64,000 nucleotides of DNA. Source: Lingula anatina (lineage: Eukaryota > Animalia > Brachiopoda). The stretch is taken from contig CM120649.1 in the NCBI GenBank assembly GCA_051362555.1, positions 18,242,567 through 18,306,566 on the forward strand, read 5' to 3'. Shown in pieces: positions 25,284 to 36,843 of the stretch. The first letter of the stretch is position 1. Each line of letters begins with the position of its first letter. Both the position numbers and the translations under genes were made by a program. The notes beneath the pieces were generated by a model. That model did not search any database and was not told the DNA's origin. It worked only from the letters and a program-made list of their open reading frames with translations.

Positions 25284-28200
25284 TTAACACTGGAACGCAG
25301 GGTGGTCCTTCATCCGGGACAGGGGCACTGGGTTCTTCACCCACTCCAGGATCTGACTCATGGTGACGATGTACACGTTCTTGTTGGACAGAAGTTCGTC
25401 AATGTATTGATGGAGAGCGTAAAATCTGGAACATAGCGTTTTTTTTTTTTTATTTCCATGCAAACATAAACGTCTAAGAATAACGAGAACCTCACCCGAC
25501 GGGTTACATCCCCTCTCAAAGTTATTCAGTAAAATCCTGTAACTGTTAGCAATGCTTTCTATTGAGGACAGTATAGTATAGTCGTAACGTACTGTGGCTT
25601 TACAATCCTTTGAAGAGAAATGCCTTTAAATAGACCAACAATGTACTTATTATAAGAAAAAGAGAGAGAGAGAGAGAGGAACCAACGATAGCGTACCTGT
25701 GACTCCACCAGTCCAGCCACGTAGCGTGCGTACTCATTTGGAAAGGTGCTCGGTTCGTGTGGTAAAAACGCTTGAAATTATACCTTGAAAAAAGAAATAA
25801 AGATTTTATGCAAATACAGTGGCTTGGAAACCCCTACCTTTATAGGTCTAATATACACACCCTCTACATGTACCAGAGTCACAAATTGATTTTTCACTAG
25901 ATACTGGGGTACATGTATTTAAAGCTATGTCTTTGGCAAAATCATGACGATTTTGCTTCAGCTCAATTTTTTTGCATAAAATTCATTTCATCGCTCAGCT
26001 GAGTGCTTTGTTTTTACGTTGAACAGTTGAGGCAACTCAAACAACTTAAAAACCAAGGACGTTTTCACCGACCTGAAGTACCCCAGCGTTTCTTCCTTGG
26101 ATTGCGGCCAGCAGGCAGTGTCTATCATGGTACACCGCGTCTTCAGTTTGCCCTTGTCGTCCAACAGGAAGTGGATATTGGTTGGGAATTCCCAAACGCC
26201 AGGGAAGGGCTTAGTCGGGCAGTTCTTCATGGTGCAAAGCATCCTCCCGGGGACGTGGTCCAGTGTGAACGGCCACAGGGGCTCGGAGTTGTCCTTCAGG
26301 CCCTGGGGGTGGTAGGGGACCATGGTGGCGTCGTATTTAAAGCCGTGGTCTTTTAGCACCTGGAATTCGTTGTCGCCGCCAATGGCAAGGAAGGGGCTGC
26401 GGTATCCGATCATTTCACCGATGGGGATACCTAAAATGTGTGGAAGCGTTTTCTCTCCAAGTGTTTCAAGAACATATTGCCGTTTGTTTTATTGTTTAGT
26501 CAAGAACCTTTGTAAGGCCTAAGTAAACATATCAAAACCTGTTGAACAGCTATGGCCGTCCGTTGATGGAGCTTAGAACTGAGCCGGTCTGATGTACATG
26601 TGGGTCTCCTGTTAAATAGGGTCCAGATCCCAATGACTTGTACGGGTAAGCCCCGCCCTAAATTTTGACACGCTAACGCCTAACCTCAATAATTATTATG
26701 GAAGGTAGACTCTGTTACACGTACCCTCAGATACTTAAAGTGATAATAACTCTTCGTTTCGGCCAAAAAATGAATTTTCCTGGAGTAAACAACAATTTTC
26801 CCATACTTACCAATGATTAATGAATCCATTTTTACATTCAAAGTTAGTCCCTGGTTTTTTTCTAAAAAGTTTGGTTTTTTGTTAAAATCTCTTAAGAGGT
26901 TTTAACAGAGTATAGCCATCAATGGAGGTCACGTGGTCTAAAGACAAGCTCAGATATCAGAATAATAGCTATAACAGCCTTTTTTGTGGGAAAACAGAAT
27001 ATATTATATTTTTATGAGTCACTCACAATGTTTTTATTGTGAAATACAGATTTCATACGAAGAGTTATTATCCCTTTAACACCAGTTTAAGTTTAACACT
27101 GATCAATAAGATCAACTCACCCGTCTCCTCGTGTGTGAATGTTCTCTGACCCACGATCTCTTTGACGTAATTATCATAGGAACCATGGTACCAGTAAGTC
27201 AGGTTGTTTATGTGGGACACAGTGTGAATAGCTATCTCATGACCGGCATCGTAAAGTTCCTTTACCTGTCATAAACAATAGGACAGAATGATAAAAGTGG
27301 GTTGAAAAAAAAGCTCAGAAAATAAATAAGGGGATCATTATTATTTAACACGGGCGCAACGCCGTTTATAGCATCGTTCACAACCTTAAAGTTTGTAGTT
27401 TTTTATTGTACAAATACGATATCAATCACGCGAGAGGAAAATGATTGTGGTAGATGTGACGCAGAACACCGCGGCACAATGCACTGCCCCATACCTGGTT
27501 ATAGACTGTGCCATTGTGTGTCAGGAAATACGTCGCTCCAATAGAACAACCGTTAGGGTTTTTTCTTGAAGGGTGGAAGAGCAATCTGCAATAATGGCAA
27601 TGGTTTAAAAGATAAACCAGCGAATAAATGAATATAAGCAAGGTACCTTAAAAACATCATTCTCAATGGTGATAGGCTTCATAATTCCCAAGGTCAAATT
27701 ATAAAACTCCTTAAACGTTAGAAACTAACAGAAAATAAATATTATCACTACTGTTTTATCAAAATAAATACATATGGTTAGGGTTTATTTGTTATATTAT
27801 ATCTTTTGATGTAGATTTAATCGCTGTGGGGGCCGTTGTGAGAAATAGACTGGTAATTCATTCAACAAAAATTAGAGTCAACTGCAACAGTTTTTTTATA
27901 AAACATTCTCTTTAACGCCTAACATTTGCTATACTCGTAGTGATATTTCATCCAAATTTAGTTGTTTTGTTTACCTGTAATACTTCATCATAGCTGCGTA
28001 GTCATTTATCCAATCATCGAACGAGATGTAGACGAACTGCGGGACTTCCTCTGGCGGTATGTTGCCGGGAATACCCGAATACGGACAGAAGCATTCCGGT
28101 AGCTTGCAGTCGGGAACACACTCGAACTTAGGGCGATACGTTTTAATAGGTCGGTATGTTTCTGAAACAGTAGGGGTCCATTTATGTCACACATATGAAA

Positions 28201-31200
28201 GGCATTACCGTGAATATACTGAATGTACAATTTTTTGTCATTTTCACAATATGTCCACGGCAGACCATATGATATCTTTGTTGACTTTGTTCTTAACTTG
28301 TCGTTACTTGTTACTTGTCAGACCTCAGAAAAGTGAATTCGACCGAGGCTGCGCCCAAAGAAAATAGAAGTTTGAACTTACCGTCAGAGGTACTGCTTGG
28401 CTCAACGTCAGGCAATAAAACAGATGGCTTTTGTGGTTCTTCTACGGCAACTGGCCTTTTTGAAACACTCTTATATTTTTTTAACTTGGCTGAAATAAGG
28501 ATGAGAAAAATGTAATGGTTTTAATGCATTGGCGTTTGACTTTTTAAAAAGCTTTTTGAATTTTTCGTGTGATAAACGTTCTGGCGAGTTTAAGATGCCT
28601 ATTGGATAAATGATGTGGCAAATGAAGTCTTGGCAATACATGTTTGCGTACCATATATCCATAAATCCTCCAAATATTCAAATAATCTCCAAAGTATTAG
28701 AAAAAAACATATTTTAGCATATACTGTTGTTACGCTACTTTTTAACACTGGGTATGCGACGTACTTCCCAAAGAAGTCGAAATAAAACAGTGCTTTTAAA
28801 TATATAAAATACTGCATGCCTCTACTAAACCTGAAAAGTTTACGGGTTAAGAGGATAGGCCTATACAGTGTATGTTATATGGTTATAATGTTATGTTAAA
28901 TGTAATAATGATTATAAGGTCCATGTCATAAGAGAGGAAGATATCCATTACCCTAGGTAATGGCACAGTATGAATATATGTCGTTAATAAACCCTTAACC
29001 TAAGCTTAAGGTTATTTTAGAGGAACATTACAAAATCTGGAAATGGTATCAAGTCCTCTACCGTTACAAGTAATGGTCATTATTAGGTATTGACATACAG
29101 ATTTAGCATAATAATTCTTTTCCCCATGGATTTGCGAATGTGGAAAGAGCAGACGGCTTATCCTATCCCATTGGGAGGGCTAATATTGTTTCATTGCCCA
29201 AATCACTGTTTCACATCCAGTCTATTATAGCATTTCATACATGTAGATATTATGTATTACCATTCAAAACACTTGGTGAATATATTTCATTCAGGTTCAA
29301 ATTCTGACCGTTGATATGCCAGGCAGATAAAAGGGTGTTAGGAGTTGACTAAGCTGTAAGATTATTAAGCCTCCAATCTAGCCAATCAGGTCTCAATTGC
29401 AATGTTTACGTCACACTTGGTGGTGTCGGAATGAAACCTAATGACGTCATGCGTAACCACGTGATTATCTAGGCATTTGATCATTTTAGGGTTAATTTAA
29501 CTTGTGCACCTATCCTTTGTTAGAGAATTAACTCTTTTTCATAAGATATCCAGCGTACGCGTGTGGTACATAAGTCACTTTGAGGATTCATGTTAATTCA
29601 CCGTATAGATCTTAATGAAAATAGAAGTATATATATTGATGCACCTAATGTAGATCTTCAAAGGTGCATCAATATATATATACTTCTATGTACATAATTC
29701 ACATAACGCATGGGACAGAACGAACGATAAAATGATCAGATAGATGTGTATCACTTACTCATAAATTTGGTCTCTACTTTGGAACTGACTACACGGCTAC
29801 CTAGACGTTACGCAATGTGTTCATCACGGAACGCTGGAGATGCACTTGAACCCAGTTTCGAAATTATGCTAATTGGTGCACAACCATGCAGTGGTCACAG
29901 GATAACGGTAACCGCTACTATAGGTTTTTAATGGGGATTGAATCAGCGGCACCTAAGGTCAATTTTGTATGCAATAGAGATAGGGCAGCTGGTTTTATTG
30001 TGATTAATTTCTTCATCAAAGCAGACACCCTGTTAGCATAGAACCATAAGCAGGAACATTAAAAAAGCCTTTACTGACGAAAATTGTCAGAAACGAAATT
30101 TTCAAAGAAATTTTTGAGAGGATGTCATAACCGTGTGTATAGCACGGTTGCACCTTACTTGACATTTCATGTTTAGGTACAAGTATACATGTAGCCGTGT
30201 AAATAGTGGGACAAAAAATAAAGCGCAAGGTTTGCATATATAAGCTTAGCACAGTGGGAGGCTAATTAATACGACGGAGTGACGTCACAGTGCGTGGCGT
30301 CACACGATTATTGGAGGTTAACGGTAGGCAAACTTACGACTGCTGTCATACGCGTACACGAATTCTACCCCTCCGTTTCGCATGACGCAGTGGGTGCCTT
30401 CTGGCACCGTGTTCGGGACCGGACGTCCCCATACGCATGCGTAATAGATCGTGGGGTTTGTTGAGTGACAGAATGAGGCAAAAGGGGCGGGGCATGCCAA
30501 AGAACGTTGCAGACGATCTGAAATCGGATTCTTATCCATGAGATTTGTTTCTATAAGTGTTATTGCAACGAAATAGTTTTTAAAGGGAAAAAATGTTAAC
30601 TGTGTCTAAAACTAAAGTTATTACTAAACAAAAAGAAAAACTGCTAACGTTAACGGCGTCTATGTTTAAGAAAATTACCAAACTAAATGAAAAATTGTTA
30701 AATTCGCTATAATTCTAAAAGTTAGAAAACTTATGAAAATTACAAATGTAATATCTACTATCCATCATCCATTAAGACAGGCTTTTTTAATCATGGTTGA
30801 AAAATTGGCTGTATGTTTATACCATTTAATCCGATTTCCAATCTTAAATATTAATATCTATTAAGTCAAGAACCGCTCGTAAAATCAGCCCTGCACGAGC
30901 TTGCTAATTGGGTATAACATACCTTTAGATGCTAATGACCCTGCCAATGGCGTCCTCATAGCGGGCAAGTCCTTCACGGTGTTTCCAGAGTAAGGTAATT
31001 TTGGCTCTTGCCGTGGTTCAACAGGGGCTACTTGCTCCGGCGCCGAGATTGGTGGTGGCACGTATTGTACATACGTCACTTCCTGGGGCACCTGCACGTA
31101 CTTAACTTCCTGTCGTGGGTGCTGCTCATACGTCACTTCCTGCTGCACGGACGGGGCGGGTTCGCCTGGTTGCTCCGGAGAGTGATCGGTACCTTGGTTT

Positions 31201-32586
31201 AGAATGAAAGGTTGGTACAGGCTAGCCATACCCGAAGCTGGGATAGCATTAGATCCGCCTCTGTTGTATTGCTGATGTTTTTGATTGTAATGCTGCTCCC
31301 GTTGTAGCTCCTGTTGCTGTTGCTGTTGTTGCTTTTGCTGCAGTTGCTGCTGCTCTACCAACTGCTGAAGCTGTCGCTGTTGCTGCTGTTGCTGTTGTTG
31401 TTGGTGCTGTTTGATCTGTTCCAGCATTTCCTGCTGTTTTTCCTTCTCTTTTCTGAGTTGTTCCTGGAAGCCCTGAACCAGGCGTGATAGAAGTAGTTGA
31501 TTATGTTCGTCTTGATTGCGGGTGTACGCAGCTGGAGGCCCCTGTTGGAGATATTGTTGGGTCTGTTCCGGCTGTTCTTGTTGCTGTTGTTGTTGTTGTT
31601 GTTGTTGTTGGGACTGCTGCTGAATATACAGTCTCTGTTGCTGTTTCAGCAATTGCCTTTGTTTCAGTTGTTCCTGCTGTTGCTCCTGCTGTTCCAACTG
31701 CTGCTGCTGCTCTTGTTGCTGTTGCCATTGTTGCTGCTGCAATTGCTGCTGCTGTTGTTGTGGAGTCAGCAGCTGTTGTTGGTTAGGTGGCGGCCGTATC
31801 ACAAGGTATCTGTCACCGCCCTGTGGCGGTGAGTTGGCGTAATCCTTGTTTTGCCTCACAGACGCGTACTGCTGAACTGGCAGCTTGGGTGATGGCTGCT
31901 GCTGGACAACCACCTGCTGGCGTTGCTGCTGCTGTTGTTCCTGCTTTTGTCTTTGCTTCTGTTTCTGTTCCTGTAACAATTGTTCTCGCTGAAGCTGTTG
32001 CTGCTGTCTTTCCTGCTGTCTCTGCTGTTGTTGCTGCATCAACATGTACATGTGCTGCTGATACTGGTTGATCTGCGGGCTGTACATGGAGCCGTCCGAA
32101 CCCTGAGTATCATCAGGTTCACCTGGAACGTAACAACAAATACCACCAGTGTATCACAAATTATAAACCGGAAGTTGGATGAAACTTTAATGACGTAATT
32201 TCCGGTCTCATTCCATTCATGATAAATCTGTGGTGAGACATTAAGGAAATTCCAGTTACACGGGGCGAATGCATTCTGTGGAGAATGCTTTTCTCCCTAC
32301 TCTCACTTACATGTATTTAAAGTTTTGGCAATTTATCATACATCATTGTTTATAAAATTTAAACATTTAAGTGCTTTATTTGTCTATATTTTGTTATCTA
32401 TTTAAGTGAGAGGGACAAGATTTGTTCTCCAGGCGGTCGCAAGCCAGGTGTAACAGGGGGTTGAGGTAAGCAGTGGTCGTAGACATGAGGCGTTCTCTTC
32501 ATTTTATAAAGCAACCGGAGTATGGACAAGACCCTTAAATTCAACAATTTGAACTATTTGGTACGACTGAAATACTGTATATCCAT

Positions 32587-32629
<43 letters not shown>

Positions 32630-34115
32630 TTTCGGGAAAGATTGACCTCTTGAATTTGGAACTGCAAACTTAGGAATCAAGATTTTAATCTATCAGCGAA
32701 AAGATTTCAATGAAACTGTTGGCATCTAACGCCATAAAAAGGTACTCTATTTTTTCATTATTTTTTTCAATATTTTCCGTCCTTTTTTGAACATGCAGAA
32801 TTTGATTCTTTATCCCCAGCATGACCTGGTTGTAATTTATGCCATATCTTATTAAGGTAAAGTGCTTCATAAATGGTAATAGAATTATAAGATGTTCGCT
32901 GATGACATTTCAAAACTGTCGTGTCAGCTTATAACACTAAATTATGATAATGATTTCAGCCGCCGTATTTCATTAACTTTCCAATACGCGTTGCACGCAT
33001 AATTGAATTGGCCACTGTTATTTAGATATAAATCACAATGTTTGCCTTTATAAAAACAACATGTTATTAGATCCTAGGTGAGTTAAATGATGGTAGGAAG
33101 TTTTCTCACTTTTCTTACCCGTAAAAGAAATTGTTTTATATCTTGGATTTGACTGGGTCGTCATTTAAGCACATTTTAACACCATTCAATTCTTGCTTGA
33201 AAAAAAAACATTAATCTTGGACTGTAATTTTTATTTTGAAAAAATGCGTGTAATATCTCCAACGTCATATCTGTGGGCGGGCTGTGGTTGTAGCTCCTTT
33301 CATCTTGTGTGCAAATGCAATTTTTACCAGTTCTTTAATGTCTTTTAATTTATTTAGGTTTTCAAATTGCCTTTTTGCTTTATCTGTTACCAACATAAAA
33401 AGACACGGCAGTAGACAAGAAAATTAATTTCCAAAACGAGTAGTAGGACTTGAACTGTAAAAAATATGCCTTAATTTTACAACTCTGTTCAGTATTTGTA
33501 TTCAATAAATCCACCACTTCAGTTAAAACGCAACATTCTTTAGTCAAACTTTTCGCAAACCCTGGGAGAAATGCAGAGTACCAGACACTCTCACGGGTAA
33601 CGGAGAGCATTCCTGCATTATCTCCATGCTGTAGACAGTCTGCCTATTCAGAGCAACGAAGATGAACTCTTGATTACCAAAGGTTGGCACAATTACTCAT
33701 ATTAAATGAAAGGACCAGACGGGGATGCCTTGTAGATTACACGGAGCACCGTGCAATTTCACGCTTCCCCAACTCAAAAATTAATATCATTTTGTAAAGA
33801 TGAATTCATAATTTTGACTTCCCACTGTGAATTCGTGACTTTATAATTGCGCATTGTCTGCTTTATGAAATCAATGTTATAAATAGATATACACACTGGG
33901 CACATTTTGTTGAAGTAGTGGCGGAAGCATTACCAAAGTCTTTGCCCTCCTCCCGAAAATTAAGCTGCAGATGGTTTGAACGGCATTAAGTTTATTTCGT
34001 CTTGTTATCAAATTATTTAATCCTCATTCAACAATATTCATTTGTTGTCTCTCCTCTCCCCCCCCCCCCTCCACCCCGTCCCCTGCATTCTAAGTTTGGG
34101 GGTCCAAATGAAATT

Positions 34116-34190
<75 letters not shown>

Positions 34191-35825
34191 ACCAACTCCC
34201 CCCCCCCCCGTGCCATCTTTGAGAGGGGATGGTAAGGTATTCTGAGCCTAGCAAAGCCACCTTTATTGTCTTGCTGTATTCCCACCTCTCCTCTCCCCAC
34301 CCCTCTCCCTGTATATACCCCCCCCCCCCCCCCAATGTTAATAACATGGTTCATCAGAGTGGGAAATGTTGTTAGAGTTTTAAAAATTAGAGGTTTAAAA
34401 AATAAAATACAATGCAGCCTTTTTGCACTGGCTGTTTTAAAAATTTTTGCTGACCCTTTTTTCCATGCAAATGATGCTAATATTTGGATTCTAAATTAAG
34501 TGACATTGGTAATTGGTCACCATTACGTGACTCAAGTTCATTATATTTAGCATATTAATCTTGGCCTGTTTTCGGTTTTATATGGCGTAGTCCGTTAAAT
34601 GGCTTGGTTCATTAAGGATTTTTTTAAATGGCCGAGTAGCAGAAAAAACTCTGTGTGGAGGCGAACGATGAAGATGCCCAATTGGGCTCTAGCTCTTTCA
34701 AATACCTTATAAAAATGAATTTGTTCAGTAAAAAATTATCTGGACGCTGTTACGCCGCGCTGTGTATGTATATTTCCTTCAAGCTGTATACGTGACATGA
34801 TAAAGATGTAACGATATCGTCAACACGAACGCCGGGCACGAACGCTAGGTTCATTAGTATAGAATTAAAACCGCAACAGGAATTATATTTATTTAATTCA
34901 TTGTGATAACTCTTCATGCCTCATGAACACACATAAGCATTATCTTGAATAAAGGAATTAAATGAAAAAAATCTTGACAATTTGCTAAAATGACAAGGGG
35001 CACGCCTGATTTAATGTTTACGGGATTTCTCACCTACCGCTCTGTGACAGTTTATCTTGAGATAAAATAACTGTACAATACTGATAAGTATTGGGTTAAA
35101 TATTTTGTAAAAAAAATCCCATGTGACCGTTTCGCCACATATTTTATTTCTATGCGTTCTTTACAGCATGATAGCTCATCGTCTAGGTCACGACTGGTAT
35201 TGTTACTCGTTAAAAAGCCATTAGGCGCCAACATCTTATCATAATTCATAACAAAGTACCGGTGTCGTGTTTTTTTTAAATCTTTTATAGCATTCTCTAG
35301 ACACTCTTTCTCTCTCTCTCATTATTTATTATGATTACTTTATTATAAAGCCACCTTGACTTTAACGTCTCATGTATACTGAATACATACATGTACATGT
35401 AAGAATCCTTGAATCATTAATATGATTTCGACACGTTGATAACGGGCATGACTTTTGTAGTTAATTACGCTTAAACGTTCAGGGAAATAACGAGATATAT
35501 ATCGTGATAATTCATTTGCATTAATATGCATGTAACCGTATAGCAATGCCTATTCCTGCAGGAATTTTCGAATACCTTCATTATTCTTATCGTTTATAAA
35601 TTGCGGTTAACAAATGAGCTCTTTGTGTTGTTTTTCCTTATTTATTATACGTCAACTCTACGATTGGAGTGACAAGTTAAGAACAGGAACAAAGCTGCAT
35701 TTACGCATTAAAGTTGCTTCCACTGGTTATACGGCATAATTTGTATATAAGTATGCACAGTAAATATCTACTTATGTAACTGCTTGGTCATAGCCTTTAT
35801 GAGAAATGTGCTAGGTTTAACAAAG

Positions 35826-35867
<42 letters not shown>

Positions 35868-36364
35868 ATTATTATTACTTTATTATAATAATAATCATAA
35901 CTTCATTATTATTATGAAGATAAATTAGATCAGGTTTCACAAGCAAACCTGGAGACCGAAAGTTCGTCTAAGCTTTACAGCTTACATTTTAGTCTACTAA
36001 CCGTAACAAGATAAATCGGTACTAATCCAGTAGAATAATTTATTGTTGCGAAGGCATAGCTGGTGACTTAGACCTGCAGATAACTAATTACAGTGGACAA
36101 CCACGGCTTCATTCTGAATTTTTTTTTAAAGAGCTATTAGCTGTCGTCCACTAAAACATTAAAACAAAACAGACAAACATCTCAGCCGTGCAGTGAGTGG
36201 TGGTGTCGGAGATATCGGTGCCCAGGGATCAGTTTTGTAATCAAGATGCACACGCCGATGTTGGATGTGGTCTGGTTAACCGTGTTCTAAATGCATTTAG
36301 CTTGTAATATTGTGGGCAGTGTTGCTCGAATCATACATTGTATATGTGTTTATCGCTTATTCAT

Positions 36365-36421
<57 letters not shown>

Positions 36422-36843
36422 TTCACACGCACTCTCTCTCTCTCTCTCTCTCTCCTGTGCTGCACCCTTTATAACCAACCTTATTTCTAGAACTACGCCT
36501 CTCATACTTTTAGTCCCCCACCCCCCCGCCCCCCACCTCTTTCAAAAAAGGTTTCTTTTTCTAATCCTTCCTAATTGGTTCCATATTTCCAATATCAAAA
36601 CGAAAGCTTACCTATGACGAACTCAAACTTAACGGCTTGCCCTTGCTGAACACATGTGGTCCCTTCCGGTAACAGCCTCCTGGTCGTCTGCCCGTCCTTA
36701 CAGTACAGGTAAGCTCCGCGGTTGGAAGTATCGCAAAGAAACTGGAAAGGACACAGATCTCTCTTGGTTGCTGATTGAGCGTGATTCTCAGCCGTCAGAA
36801 GGCACAGAATCAGAATGACCATCGTCCCACCTGCTTGCGACAT
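25284..36843 (-). CDS. Secreted chitin deacetylase-like protein (CE4/NodB polysaccharide deacetylase) with a Gln-rich N-terminal region
   Basis: Phase-consistent exons (-): 36843-36612 (signal peptide plus small Cys domain; its linkage is inferred), 32122-30923 (polyQ), 28489-28382, 28161-27975 (CKLPECFC..IPG..VPQFVYISFDD), 27585-27495 (NPNGC), 27265-27121 (GHEIAIHTVSH), 26430-26073 (GYRSPFL, YDAT, LWPFTLD, PGVWEFP), 25783-25697 (NRAPF..H), 25425-25284 (VYIVTMSQILEWVKNP, TAA). Confidence 0.88.
26739..27075 (+). mobile_element. MITE family B copy 1 (Kolobok-like, TTAA target-site duplication)
   Basis: TTAA|AGTGATAATAACTCTTCGT ... ACGAAGAGTTATTATCCCT|TTAA; a near-identical inverted copy lies at 43305-43649. 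Confidence 0.85.
29621..29689. repeat. Short hairpin / inverted repeat
   Basis: atagaagtatatatattgatgcacct pairs with aggtgcatcaatatatatatacttctat across a 15-nt loop. Confidence 0.8.
33265..33383 (-). CDS. Candidate alternative terminal exon within the deacetylase locus
   Basis: Pyrimidine tract plus CAG acceptor, phase 1, reading DKAKRQFENLNKLKDIKELVKIAFAHKMKGATTTARPQI-stop. The phase is compatible with exon 36843-36612. Confidence 0.3.
34117..34187. repeat. (CT)n microsatellite
   Basis: Perfect CT run of about 70 bp. Confidence 0.95.
35826..35878. repeat. (ATT)n microsatellite
   Basis: ATT trinucleotide run. Confidence 0.9.

Noticed and set aside
26003-26522. Plus-strand ORFs of 117, 72 and 66 aa
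   Set aside because: They are antisense to the GC-rich deacetylase exon and have no independent support.
31484-32198. Plus-strand and alternate-frame ORFs rich in Leu/Val/Ala or Thr/Ala
   Set aside because: These are shadow ORFs of the CAG/CAA polyQ exon.
34002-34499. ORFs with SLSLSL, ERERER or poly-Pro
   Set aside because: They are translations of (CT)n and poly-C microsatellites; the same applies to 10767-11060, 14388-14751 and 36291-36617.
36180-36272. Possible extra minus-strand exon (DHIQHRRVHLDYKTDPWAPISP...)
   Set aside because: No convincing GT donor was found, so it cannot be placed in the gene model.
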